A stretch of DNA of 61,067 nt, counting the filler. It is 4 parts of 4 records of this genome, joined end to end, with 100 filler letters (N's around TTAATTAATTAA, not from the genome) between each part and the next. Parts side by side here need not be neighbours in the genome. Positions count along the whole stretch, not along the records: positions 1 to 17,587 come from SRR2962707_4901; 3 more parts are not named here. One strand, 5' to 3'. The stretch's first letter is position 1. Every line of letters begins with the position of its first letter. Shown piece by piece: positions 1 through 9,615 of the stretch. A program made the position numbers and the translations under genes. A model generated the notes under the pieces. That model was given only the letters and a program-made list of their open reading frames with translations, searched no databases and was not told the origin of the DNA.

Positions 1-600
1 CCGGAACATGAACATGCCGCTGTTCCAGTAGTAACCACCGGCAGACAGCAGCGCGGCGGCTTTTTCGGCGTCCGGCTTCTCGATAAAGCGGGACACCGGC
101 CGGGCAGCGCCGGGCGCCTCTCCAGACTGGCCCGCAGCGATATAGCCGTAGCCAGTCTCCGGCCGGGTTGGCGTAATACCAAACAGCACCAACCCTCCGG
201 ACCTGGCGGCTTCCTGCCCCTGGGCAACAGCCCGCTGGAACGCCTCGACATTTTCAATGGCATGATCCGCGGGCAACACCAGCATGATGGCTTTGGGATC
301 TTTTCGCGCCACTTCGATAGCGGCCATCGCGACCGCCGGGGCGGTGTTGCGGCCAAACGGCTCCAGCAGTATCGACAACGGTTGACGGCCTATGGCCTCC
401 AACTGCTCTTTGACAATAAAGCGGTGCTCATCGTTGGCCACCACAACCGGCGACTCGGCGTCGTCGACCGGCAGCCGGCACAGAGTTTCCTGCAACATAC
501 TTTGTTCCCCCACCAATGGGAGGAACTGCTTGGGATAGGCCTGGCGCGAGAGGGGCCAAAGCCGTGAACCGTTACCACCTGAGAGTATGACTGGAATCAT
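1..600 (-). CDS. algA: Mannose-1-phosphate guanylyltransferase/mannose-6-phosphate isomerase, 5' part (runs off the window)
   Basis: Not in the ORF track. Manual translation from ATG at 600 gives MIPVILSGGNGSRLWPLSRQAYPKQFLPL, the PMI-GMP N-terminus. AAGGAG RBS upstream; last gene of the alg operon. Confidence 0.93.
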   Translation of the reverse strand, partial: MIPVILSGGNGSRLWPLSRQAYPKQFLPLVGEQSMLQETLCRLPVDDAESPVVVANDEHRFIVKEQLEAIGRQPLSILLEPFGRNTAPAVAMAAIEVARKDPKAIMLVLPADHAIENVEAFQRAVAQGQEAARSGGLVLFGITPTRPETGYGYIAAGQSGEAPGAARPVSRFIEKPDAEKAAALLSAGGYYWNSGMFMFR

Positions 601-681
601 CGTTCTGCTCCTTTGCTCTACAAAGACGTACCACAGGGACGTCCGTTGGCGTATTAATCTGGACCCTTGAACCAGGGCCCG

Positions 682-1866
682 TTAGAACCGTTTACTTAGG
701 GTGATGTTGCTGGGTGGATCCGGCTGCGCGCCCTCGGGCCACAGCGGGTCAATGCCGTACAGATAGGAAATATCGCCACCCAGACGGGTGGATTTCATCG
801 GCCGAAGTTCATCCAAAAAGGCGGGCATTCCCTCAACAGGTCCCCAGGCGGCCTGCCAGGGTTCCATCCAGGCCAGGGACCAGGCCTTATAAAGCCCGTC
901 GACAATCTGCTCGTCTCCGGTGATGTCTTCAATTCGTTCCGGATCATCCAGCCCCGCGACGACATTTCCGGCCATTTTCGTAAACTGGTCCTGGTAACGC
1001 TCGTAAACAGAGTTGCCATTAACCTCGGCAAACAGCGCGATCATGGTCAGGGGCTGCATGGCGTAGTTCATGTATTCCAAGGCCCGGGTCTCCCGGCTGA
1101 GTTCCTTGGGCAGGTAACCGTCCTCATTGATCTGCCCCATGGCTTCATCGAACTTGGCCAGCGACCAGTTCCAGTCGTCGCAGTCCTGGGTTGCCACCGA
1201 TGCCGACATCACGGCCCAGGCGGCCCAGTAATCATGGTTGTTGACCTTCTTGGCTTTTCGATCCGTGTAGTAATCACGGACCCCATCACTCAAGCGCAGA
1301 AACCAGTCTTCAATTCGGCGCGCCCGCTCCAGGTCCATGGCGGCCTCCGGCGCCGACGTCCACATCCTGAGATAGGCGTTCGCAGCGGCTGCCAGTGCCC
1401 ATTTGCGTACCGCCTGACCGACGTGATTGATGTCATCCGTCAACAGGGCATCCGATGACGCCCACGCGTCGAGGTTGTCCAATACGCAATCCAGCGCTTC
1501 GGGGCCATCGCCATCAACCTGGTAGTCATCGGCGGCAGCGATAACAGCCTTCTCGAAATCACGCACGTTGCTGGTGGCCTTCTTGTACTCTTCATAGGCC
1601 TGCTTGTTCAGATTGTTGCGAGCGCTGTCACTGCCCTTGTACTTACTGGTCAGCGACAGCGAGCCGACGTGCGGCTCCACCCGCTCGCAGTCGTAGTCAC
1701 CGCCATCCTTGTCTTCCGGCGTCTGGTAATAGCCCACCGGAGCACGCAGTTGTCCGTTCAGGCACTGCCCGGCGTGAACGCTGCTCACACCAAAGACGGC
1801 GGTTATCGCCGCAGACAGCAGCACCCGGCCCCATTGTCGATGTTCAGAGCGTTGTTGGATTCGCAT
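682..1866 (-). CDS. algL: Periplasmic alginate (polymannuronate) lyase, PL5 family
   Basis: NNHDYW variant of the AlgL NNHSYW motif, signal peptide ending VHA, C-terminal RLGG, alg context. Start placed at the second ATG (GAGAGG 6 nt upstream); the ORF track starts at 1872. Confidence 0.9.
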   Translation of the reverse strand: MRIQQRSEHRQWGRVLLSAAITAVFGVSSVHAGQCLNGQLRAPVGYYQTPEDKDGGDYDCERVEPHVGSLSLTSKYKGSDSARNNLNKQAYEEYKKATSNVRDFEKAVIAAADDYQVDGDGPEALDCVLDNLDAWASSDALLTDDINHVGQAVRKWALAAAANAYLRMWTSAPEAAMDLERARRIEDWFLRLSDGVRDYYTDRKAKKVNNHDYWAAWAVMSASVATQDCDDWNWSLAKFDEAMGQINEDGYLPKELSRETRALEYMNYAMQPLTMIALFAEVNGNSVYERYQDQFTKMAGNVVAGLDDPERIEDITGDEQIVDGLYKAWSLAWMEPWQAAWGPVEGMPAFLDELRPMKSTRLGGDISYLYGIDPLWPEGAQPDPPSNITLSKRF

Positions 1867-1899
1867 AACCATCCTCTCTATGCGTTGGATGAATGTGCG

Positions 1900-3324
1900 T
1901 CAGATGTCCTGACGGCGACAGATTTTCGTGGTTACCGTTAAGCCTTCCGAGACCTGCTCCGGTTTCAGCGCGAGGTCCAGCGACATGAACATTTCATCGT
2001 TCCAGTTCGGCCCTTCCGGGAGCTCGAAGACAAACCGGCCAGGGGTCTCAACCCGATCGCCGTACTCCATATCCACGCGGTCCTTGCGCCCGAACACGTA
2101 CCAGATGAAGGCATCAACCTCTTTCACCCCCGGGTCACTGAACTGCAGGTCGACGACGTATTCGTTGCTCGGCATTTCGATGAACTGTCCACCGCCGTTG
2201 TAGAGCACTTCGGTGGTCCCGGCCTTGACCGGCGTGGTTTTCTGCAACACCGGCTCCTGGCTCTCACAGGCACCACTGATCATCGGTGTGACCTGCCGAT
2301 AGAACTCCGCACTGTCGAGGTTGTGGTAACCGGGCACCTCCCAGATCATGATCTTGGGTGGCGACTCCCGGAAGTTGTCGGAAAGCAGATATTCGAACAT
2401 TGAGCCGTCGTAGCTACCGCCGGCAACCGCCACGTTGAGCACCTCGACACCCAGAAACTCCTGCAGCGCCCCGACAAAGTTGTAGTCCTGGGCACCCTTA
2501 CTGTTACTGGTGCCCACCAGGGTGATGGGGGGCAAGTCCTGGTCGCCAAACAGGGCGCTGGCTTCAGCGGATTGGCCGGTACCGGAGGACTCGGTGCGAA
2601 ACTCGTCCACGTACTGCGAGCCGTACTCGAAACCGCATATCCGTTTAACCGCGTCCTGAAGCGACCCGTCCTTTCGGATCAACCCGGACCGACGAGTCAC
2701 GAATTCCTGCTGCGACAGCGACTGATAGGCCGGCATGTCCTTGATTCGCTCCGCCACGACCTCCGCGGTCCGCCGGGCACCATAAGGTGTCCAGTGGTGA
2801 TCCCGCTTAAAGAAGAAGGCGTCTTCACGTGTCTCTTCGTCCAGAAGGGGCGTCAGGTCTGGAACCACCAGCCCTGCCTGGCGAAAACGCATCAACGCGT
2901 CAGCGTAATTTTTACGGGCCACGTTCCAGCTGAACGGCACCGGCGATGTCGCGGGCAGATGATTGGGATGAACCAGGCCTTTTGTCGGCTGAAACACCAT
3001 CACCAATTCGGTACCGGTGGTTTGCTTCAGGTGCCTGGCAAAGCGCTTCAGGTGTTTCAGGCCTTCCAGGTTCGGCCCGAACTGCTCAACCAGTTCCGCT
3101 TCCGAACGGAACAGCCAGCCGTCTTTGCCCTGAACCAGCATCTTGAAGTTCTTCAGATAACCGGTGTCGTAGCTGGATGGGTATGCCGTGAGTGGGCACA
3201 GGTCACAACAGCGTTCGATGTTGTACTCGGGCAGCTCGGCGGCGCTGGCCTTTACACCCGCGACGCTGAGCAGCCCGAGCGCAACCAGCGCCCATAATCC
3301 ACGGCCTCTGAACACCTGCTTCAT
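1900..3324 (-). CDS. algX: Alginate O-acetyltransferase AlgX (SGNH-like domain plus C-terminal carbohydrate-binding module)
   Basis: QGKDGWLFRS, KRDHHWTPYGA, LVGTSNS and WEVP motifs; 474 aa with signal peptide. Confidence 0.92.
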   Translation of the reverse strand: MKQVFRGRGLWALVALGLLSVAGVKASAAELPEYNIERCCDLCPLTAYPSSYDTGYLKNFKMLVQGKDGWLFRSEAELVEQFGPNLEGLKHLKRFARHLKQTTGTELVMVFQPTKGLVHPNHLPATSPVPFSWNVARKNYADALMRFRQAGLVVPDLTPLLDEETREDAFFFKRDHHWTPYGARRTAEVVAERIKDMPAYQSLSQQEFVTRRSGLIRKDGSLQDAVKRICGFEYGSQYVDEFRTESSGTGQSAEASALFGDQDLPPITLVGTSNSKGAQDYNFVGALQEFLGVEVLNVAVAGGSYDGSMFEYLLSDNFRESPPKIMIWEVPGYHNLDSAEFYRQVTPMISGACESQEPVLQKTTPVKAGTTEVLYNGGGQFIEMPSNEYVVDLQFSDPGVKEVDAFIWYVFGRKDRVDMEYGDRVETPGRFVFELPEGPNWNDEMFMSLDLALKPEQVSEGLTVTTKICRRQDI

Positions 3325-3983
3325 ACCGATGTATCCACTCGGTTTTCAGCGACAACCAGCCTCGGCTCGCCACCAACGTCGATGGCAAATACGCTGAATA
3401 CCTTGCCGCGCTGCAGATTGACTTCACTGGTGGTTGCCAGCGCCTTGTTGCTTTGGAAAGCGCCCAGCGCAATGCTGACGGCGTTGATTTCGCGATTGGC
3501 CACATCAAGGGAGCCCACTGCATCAATCACGGCTACCTTGCCGTCGGACGTCTTCAGAGTGACCCCGCTATTGCTGGTCAGGTTGTAGAATGAAAGCAGT
3601 GCCTTGCGAGGGTTGTCGAAGGCGACATCCTTCATCACTTTCATCTCACCGGAATCCAGTACAACCACGGTGTAGAACTCGTTCTTTTTCATGTTGACGG
3701 ACGTCTTCTGACCGGCAACGTCCACCTGATAGTTACCCTCAGAAAGGTAAATGTAGGGGCTCGCCTCCAACGGCGATACTTCCTTGATCACCTTGTCGCC
3801 CACAGAGGCGCGAGCAATGGCGCCGCTGGCATCCGCGTTCACCACGCGAATGAAGGCCGCCCCGTCCGGTGCCTCTGCGGCATAAAGCGCGTCCTCGCCG
3901 GCCTGGGCCATGTTCATGGAGACCAGCAAACTGCTGATCAGGGCAAAAAAAGCGGTATGCATCAGTGCTCTCATTTTCATCAT
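3321..3983 (-). CDS. algF: Alginate O-acetylation periplasmic protein AlgF
   Basis: Signal peptide followed by ALYAAEAPDGAAFIRVVNA; 220 aa; directly after algJ. Confidence 0.9.
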   Translation of the reverse strand: MMKMRALMHTAFFALISSLLVSMNMAQAGEDALYAAEAPDGAAFIRVVNADASGAIARASVGDKVIKEVSPLEASPYIYLSEGNYQVDVAGQKTSVNMKKNEFYTVVVLDSGEMKVMKDVAFDNPRKALLSFYNLTSNSGVTLKTSDGKVAVIDAVGSLDVANREINAVSIALGAFQSNKALATTSEVNLQRGKVFSVFAIDVGGEPRLVVAENRVDTSV

Positions 3984-3985
3984 CC

Positions 3986-5146
3986 TCAGGGGTTGGTTTC
4001 AGAACGGCTATCCGCTTGCGCGGTCAGCGTGTTATCAGCCCGGCGGAACCAAGCCTGGGCCTGTTCGGACTCCAGTGGCTGTGCCAGGTAACGCTCGGGA
4101 AATTCCCAGATCACCAATTGCGGCGGTTGATCCCGGAAATCGGAAGAGTTCAGGTAATCGATCATTGGTACGATAGGGCCGTCGCCTTCTTCGGCCACGT
4201 TGATCAGGTCCTGCCCCAGGTGCTTTCGCAAGGCGCCGGGGAAATCCCACTGTTCATTGGCGCTGTAACTTGTGCCAACCAGAACGGTGTTGGTGACGTC
4301 ATCGCCAAACAGGGCGCTGGCGTTCGCCTGGCCGTCGTTCTGGGCGCGCGTCGTTCTCGGTTCCAGTTGGTCAGGTGCAGGACCGAAGTCGGTAAACGCT
4401 GGCTCCACTGGAATGTAATTGAGCAGGTCACCACGGTGCTGGACCGGTTGGCCAATGGATGTCACAAAGCTCTGCTCGCCCCAGGAAAGGCCATTGAAGC
4501 GATCGCGGATGAACTCGGCAGCGCCTTTCGCGTAGAGGTTTGCGCCGTTCGGCGACCAGTGGGTGTCAGTTCTCAGGAACACCGATTCTCCATGACGTGT
4601 CGCCTGCTCCAACAACGGTTTCAGCTCCGGCGCGGGAATGCCCGCTGTCGCCAGTGACTGCTGGAACCGGTCGTACAGTGACATCATCGTCGGTTCGGGC
4701 TTCGTACTGCCCAGCATGTCCGAATGGATTCGGGCCTTGGCGGGCACCACCAGCACAACCAGCGGAACGCCCTCGGCCAACAGATAGTCGGCGACGCGCT
4801 GTACACGACTCAGGTTGCGATCGACCACCTCGCCGTCACGGCTGGCCGGGTAGATTTCCTCATCGGTAAACAGCCACTCGTCTTGTCCCACGACAACGCC
4901 TTCCCGGCCCTCGTCAAAGAGCGTGTAGTTGATCGCGGCCCAGAGATTGGTTCCCAGATCCTTCGCCGGGAACTGATCGTCGTAATGGCTCTCCAGGTTG
5001 CGGGCCAACTCACCGTTGACCGGGCTCAGCCCTGTTTCGGCCTGGTAACCCAGCAAGGGCCGCAAGGACAGCACACCCAGAACCAGGACCAGCGCGATGA
5101 AGAGAACAGCTGTGATTCGTGCAGACGTTTTAGTCATCAAATCCAC
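3986..5146 (-). CDS. algJ: Alginate O-acetyltransferase AlgJ
   Basis: N-terminal membrane anchor; EGREGVVVGQDEWLFTDEE, RTDTHWSPNGA, LVGTSYS and WEFPERY motifs. Confidence 0.92.
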   Translation of the reverse strand: MDLMTKTSARITAVLFIALVLVLGVLSLRPLLGYQAETGLSPVNGELARNLESHYDDQFPAKDLGTNLWAAINYTLFDEGREGVVVGQDEWLFTDEEIYPASRDGEVVDRNLSRVQRVADYLLAEGVPLVVLVVPAKARIHSDMLGSTKPEPTMMSLYDRFQQSLATAGIPAPELKPLLEQATRHGESVFLRTDTHWSPNGANLYAKGAAEFIRDRFNGLSWGEQSFVTSIGQPVQHRGDLLNYIPVEPAFTDFGPAPDQLEPRTTRAQNDGQANASALFGDDVTNTVLVGTSYSANEQWDFPGALRKHLGQDLINVAEEGDGPIVPMIDYLNSSDFRDQPPQLVIWEFPERYLAQPLESEQAQAWFRRADNTLTAQADSRSETNP

Positions 5147-5148
5147 CC

Positions 5149-6567
5149 TCAGAACTGGAAGTACAGGAACGGTGAGAAACTCTCAGCGGACAGTTTCAAC
5201 ACGGCGAGCGCAAACACCGGAACCAGCAACGGCGCAGCGGCGGACCGCCAGCCGGACAGGATGGGGCCAACCTCACGATGCCCGAGCCGATCCTTCAGCC
5301 CCATCATCGCGATCACTCCGAAAGCCAACACCAGGATCGCCAGGTTCAGGTCCCGGATGCCCTGGACAAAAACATCACTCAGGCCGGCACCGTCGAAGCT
5401 GAACATGGCACCGTAGAAACCGAAGGCCTCGGTGAGCGTGCTGGCCCTGAAGGTGACCCAGCCGAGCATCACGAACAGGAAGGTCAGCGCCCACCGGAAA
5501 AACCGGAACCCGGACGGGCTGCCCGACACACCCAGCGCCCTTTCCACCGACAGCAACAGACCGTGCCAGGCACCCCACAACAGGAACGTCCAGTTGGCGC
5601 CGTGCCAGAGGCCGCCGAGCAACATGGTGAGTAGCAGGTTGCGATAAGTTTTGACCGTACTGTTGCGGTTGCCGCCCAGGGGGATGTACAGGTAATCCCG
5701 CAGCCAGGTGGACAGGCTGATGTGCCAACGACGCCAGAACTCGGTAATGCTCTGGCTGATGTAGGGCTGGTTGAAGTTCTCGTTAAACCGGAAGCCCATC
5801 ATCAGACCCAGGCCGATGGCCATATCGGAGTAGCCGGAAAAGTCGAAATACAACTGCGCGGTGTACGCCAGGATGCCCAGCCAGGCATCCGCCGTACTGG
5901 GGTCAGACAACGCAAAGGCACTGTCCGCCAGCGGCGCTATCGAGTCGGCGATAAAGACTTTCTTGATGAAGCCCTGCATGAACCTGAACGCGCCCTCACC
6001 GAACTTTTCCATGGTATGGGTGCGGTAGGTGAACTGATCCGCCAGGTCCTTGTAACGCAGCACCGGCCCGGCAATAAGCTGGGGGAACAACGCAATGAAA
6101 GCCGCGAAATCAATAAACCGCCGGGTCGGTTCCGTATCCCCTCGATAGACATCCACCACGTAGGAAATGGCCTGAAAGATGTAGAAGGAAATGCCGATGG
6201 GCAGGATGATATTCGCCAGTTCCAGCGGCTGACTGCCGGCGCTGACCAGCAGGTCGTTCAGGCTGTCGACACCAAAGTTGGCGTACTTGAAGTAGCCGAG
6301 CGTCGCCAGGTCACCACCAACACCGATGGCAACCCACTTGCGAGCACTCGCGGTGCCAACACCGGCGCGGTGTATTGCCAGGCCGATGAAATAGTTCCAG
6401 AAGGTCACGGCCACGAACAGCAACAGGAAATCCACCCGCCACCAGGCATAGAAGGCGTAGCTGCCGATCAGGATAACCAGTGAGCGGTGCCTGAACGGTG
6501 TCAGGTAATACAGCCCCAGGAAGGCGGGCAGGAACAGAAACAGGAAGATATTGGATGAAAAAACCAT
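5149..6567 (-). CDS. algI: MBOAT-family alginate O-acetyltransferase AlgI
   Basis: MVFSSNIFLFLFLP start; LPIGISFYIFQ, YFDFSGYSDMAIG, FWRRWHISLS and GLWHGANW MBOAT motifs; ends PFLYFQF. Confidence 0.96.
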   Translation of the reverse strand: MVFSSNIFLFLFLPAFLGLYYLTPFRHRSLVILIGSYAFYAWWRVDFLLLFVAVTFWNYFIGLAIHRAGVGTASARKWVAIGVGGDLATLGYFKYANFGVDSLNDLLVSAGSQPLELANIILPIGISFYIFQAISYVVDVYRGDTEPTRRFIDFAAFIALFPQLIAGPVLRYKDLADQFTYRTHTMEKFGEGAFRFMQGFIKKVFIADSIAPLADSAFALSDPSTADAWLGILAYTAQLYFDFSGYSDMAIGLGLMMGFRFNENFNQPYISQSITEFWRRWHISLSTWLRDYLYIPLGGNRNSTVKTYRNLLLTMLLGGLWHGANWTFLLWGAWHGLLLSVERALGVSGSPSGFRFFRWALTFLFVMLGWVTFRASTLTEAFGFYGAMFSFDGAGLSDVFVQGIRDLNLAILVLAFGVIAMMGLKDRLGHREVGPILSGWRSAAAPLLVPVFALAVLKLSAESFSPFLYFQF

Positions 6568-6568
6568 G

Positions 6569-8161
6569 TCAGTTCTCCGCCTGCGTAACCTGGCCCGACA
6601 CCACAGCCGTGGGCTCTATGAATACTGCACGCCCCTGGTTCCGTAGTGCGTCAAAAATCTGCATCTGGTATTTGCCAAGCACACCCTCGAAGTGGATCCC
6701 CACGTCTGACCTGGGGAATCGCATTCCAACGTCATAAATTGCGATGTAAGCAGGGTTGTCGGTCGACAGGGGGCCGCTGGCGTTGGAGGCTAATTCGCCG
6801 CCCACCACGTTCATCGACACCTCGTAGGAGTAGAAGTCTTCTTTGAAATTACGGTCGGTGGCGGACAGGTCTTTCAACTGACCATAAATACCCCAGGTGC
6901 CGTTGAGCACCGCAACGTTGTGGTAGACATTCACATTGCTGCTGTTTCTGACACGGATGCCATTGCGCAGATTGTTCATCAACCGGTTGCCCCAGAGCAG
7001 GTTGTCCGGCGACTCGTAGAGCCCGATACCGTCACCCTGGTTGTCATAGGAAACGTTATTGGCCACCACGTTGTTGGAGCTCTGACGGTCCAGAACGATG
7101 CCGGATAGCCCGTTGTCGTAGCTACGGTTGCCAACAATCCAGCTGTTATTTACCTCGCGGGAGATGATGATGCCGTGCTTCTCACGGGTGCCATAAACCT
7201 CGTTGTTGGCAATCAGCAGTCGGCTGGAGTAGTCATGGGGGTCGATGCCATACACGATGTTGTCTCGGTAGACGTTATCGACGATGGCAACGTCTTCCGC
7301 CTCATAGCAGTAAAACCCGTAGTAGAGATCCTCGAAGGTGGATTCCACCAGCCAGGCATGGGGCGCGCTGCGCTGCAGACGGGCGTTGTCGTACTCAGAG
7401 TACTGGGCCACGGTAAACCCATAGGATTTACTCTGGAGATAACCCAGATTTGCCATGGTGGTGCCGAGAATAAAGTTCTCGCTACCGCCCCAGCCCACAT
7501 AGAACGGACGGAAGTTGCTTTTCTTCTGGAACGTGGCCGGGCCATTGGCCTCCTCGCGCCAGCCAATAATCTTGCTGTCAATGGCAAACAGCCAGCCGTC
7601 GTTGGCAATAAACGAACCACGCTCCTCCGACAGCCGCAGAGTCTCATCGCGCAGAACCAGGGTGGCCTCTTGTTTGACCGCCAGCGGCAAACGAATGATG
7701 TAAGTACCATCGCCGACCTGTTCCATGTAGCGACGATCATTCACCTGCCGATAGACATCCTCCAGCGTCACCTTCCCGCTGTTAACCATAATCGCCTGAG
7801 GATGTGAAAACTGACGGATCACCCACTCGCGCGCCCGCCCTTCGTCCACGAAATCCCCCAGTGCACTGACCCCGCCCATACGTTCCACCGTTACATTCGG
7901 TGCGGAATCCTGCCGACCGGCAAGCTTTGCCTCGATGGCGTCACGGCTATAGCCGGATACATCAGGGATCTCAGGCTCAGGCAAATACAGCTCCTCGCCA
8001 GACTTTATCTCGATGCCATAGTCTTCCTCCAAGGGCGCAATCGCCGGCGGCGCATTTACCACATTGCCATCGTCGGCGCTGGCTGCAGCCAACGCATTCA
8101 GCGGCAATATGAGCGCCGTGGTAAGAAGGCAAAAAGCCCATCGGGTTTCCAGGATTTTCAT
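6569..8161 (-). CDS. algG: Periplasmic mannuronan C5-epimerase AlgG (right-handed beta-helix)
   Basis: YYGFYCYEA, catalytic YGIDPHD and KHGIIISREV motifs; beta-helix repeats. Confidence 0.94.
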   Translation of the reverse strand: MKILETRWAFCLLTTALILPLNALAAASADDGNVVNAPPAIAPLEEDYGIEIKSGEELYLPEPEIPDVSGYSRDAIEAKLAGRQDSAPNVTVERMGGVSALGDFVDEGRAREWVIRQFSHPQAIMVNSGKVTLEDVYRQVNDRRYMEQVGDGTYIIRLPLAVKQEATLVLRDETLRLSEERGSFIANDGWLFAIDSKIIGWREEANGPATFQKKSNFRPFYVGWGGSENFILGTTMANLGYLQSKSYGFTVAQYSEYDNARLQRSAPHAWLVESTFEDLYYGFYCYEAEDVAIVDNVYRDNIVYGIDPHDYSSRLLIANNEVYGTREKHGIIISREVNNSWIVGNRSYDNGLSGIVLDRQSSNNVVANNVSYDNQGDGIGLYESPDNLLWGNRLMNNLRNGIRVRNSSNVNVYHNVAVLNGTWGIYGQLKDLSATDRNFKEDFYSYEVSMNVVGGELASNASGPLSTDNPAYIAIYDVGMRFPRSDVGIHFEGVLGKYQMQIFDALRNQGRAVFIEPTAVVSGQVTQAEN

Positions 8162-8170
8162 GAGTTCTCC

Positions 8171-9610
8171 TCAGAACCGCTTCGACACGTCTACAACTAC
8201 CCGATGCCTGGCGTCATCTGCGTCCTCGCCGTAGGCATCCCCTGGCATGAAAACGCCACCACGCAAACGGACATCAAACGCCGCCCAGGAGGTTGAAGCG
8301 CTATCGCCGTAGTAGCCCAATACCAGATCCACTGATTGGCCCAGGTCATCACTGCTGCCGGTAAAGCCTGGTTCGACCAGGTCGGAACGCACGGCGCCGT
8401 TCTCATCACTCAGCCAGTAACGGTGGTACAGCAGGTTGGCGTCCCAGGTATCGCGGTCAGACAATGCGGTGTAGAAGGTCAAGACCCGGATATTGCTCCA
8501 CTCCGGTTGAATGGCTTCACCAAACCGCGGCACCTGGGAGCGGGTTCCCGTAAACCTTGAGCGGTTGCTTTCCAGGCTGGTTTGCTGAAAGGCATCACTT
8601 TCGCCAGGCTCACCACCACCGGACGCAACGGCACCGTGAGCGCCGACAACCCAGCGGGGCGTATCCAGCAATTGGGCACGCGCGCCCAGGTCTGCCGCCC
8701 AACCGGAGACATCGCGTTCACGATCGCTGAAGCCATTGGGCGCACTGGGGTCTGTGCCGATCACAGTGTCCGTACCATTCACTGCCGCAACCGACGCGAA
8801 ATACTGGAACGTATCGTGGGAGTGCCAATCGAAATAGCTCCGATCCGCCTGGACGGCCGTCCAGGTCAGCGAGTCCGTGAAACCTTCATCCAGCGTCTGG
8901 CCTCGCAATGCGTATTCTTCAGCCTGATCTCCGTAGCCCTGGCCATGGGTCACCAGGAAGCCCAGGTAGTGACCTTTCCGCCACTGCCAGCGTGTATGGG
9001 CAAAAAATCGAGCAATGTCCTGCTCTTCGTCCTGAAGTTCGTTGTTGTCAGTCCGCAACTCGGCGAACTTCTGGGCGACACCCACGGTGGTGTCCAGCAG
9101 CGACGTGTTGAAGATCCAGCGCGTGAGGGTAATATCGTCGTCCCACCACATACCGCTGTTTTCCTTCAGACGCTCACGGCCAAAGCGAATTGACTCCCCG
9201 GGATAGTCGCTCAGGCCGTTGTAATCCAGCCAAGCCTCCCTGAGCGCAAGAAAGCCGTCGGTGGTGGTCGTGCCGCCGATTTCGTCGCTAACATCCACCT
9301 GACCGGTTGCGCCAAACGCCTGCAGACGCAGTTTTGAGCGCCAGTGAGGTGACAGTTGCCAGACCCACTCGGGCTTGATGTCGAGGCCAGCTTCGTTGGA
9401 TTTGGTCTCGCCATTGGAGCCCAGTCCAAGGCGCCGGTCGCCTTCGCTGATAAAACTGAGCTTGGACTTTATGTTCTGTTCAACCAGCCGCGGATAACTC
9501 TGGTTCGCCTCGTCTGTAGACTGCGCTACGGCGGGCGCTACGCCGAGTGATGCCAGGCAACTGACAGAGAGTGCGAGGCGAGTTAATCGATAGTTCGTTA
9601 TAAGCTGCAT
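8171..9610 (-). CDS. algE: Alginate export outer-membrane porin AlgE
   Basis: Signal peptide, LALREAWLDY, FQQTSLESNRSRFTGTRS motif, C-terminal Phe; lies between algK and algG. Confidence 0.92.
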   Translation of the reverse strand: MQLITNYRLTRLALSVSCLASLGVAPAVAQSTDEANQSYPRLVEQNIKSKLSFISEGDRRLGLGSNGETKSNEAGLDIKPEWVWQLSPHWRSKLRLQAFGATGQVDVSDEIGGTTTTDGFLALREAWLDYNGLSDYPGESIRFGRERLKENSGMWWDDDITLTRWIFNTSLLDTTVGVAQKFAELRTDNNELQDEEQDIARFFAHTRWQWRKGHYLGFLVTHGQGYGDQAEEYALRGQTLDEGFTDSLTWTAVQADRSYFDWHSHDTFQYFASVAAVNGTDTVIGTDPSAPNGFSDRERDVSGWAADLGARAQLLDTPRWVVGAHGAVASGGGEPGESDAFQQTSLESNRSRFTGTRSQVPRFGEAIQPEWSNIRVLTFYTALSDRDTWDANLLYHRYWLSDENGAVRSDLVEPGFTGSSDDLGQSVDLVLGYYGDSASTSWAAFDVRLRGGVFMPGDAYGEDADDARHRVVVDVSKRF

Positions 9611-9615
9611 TGAGC

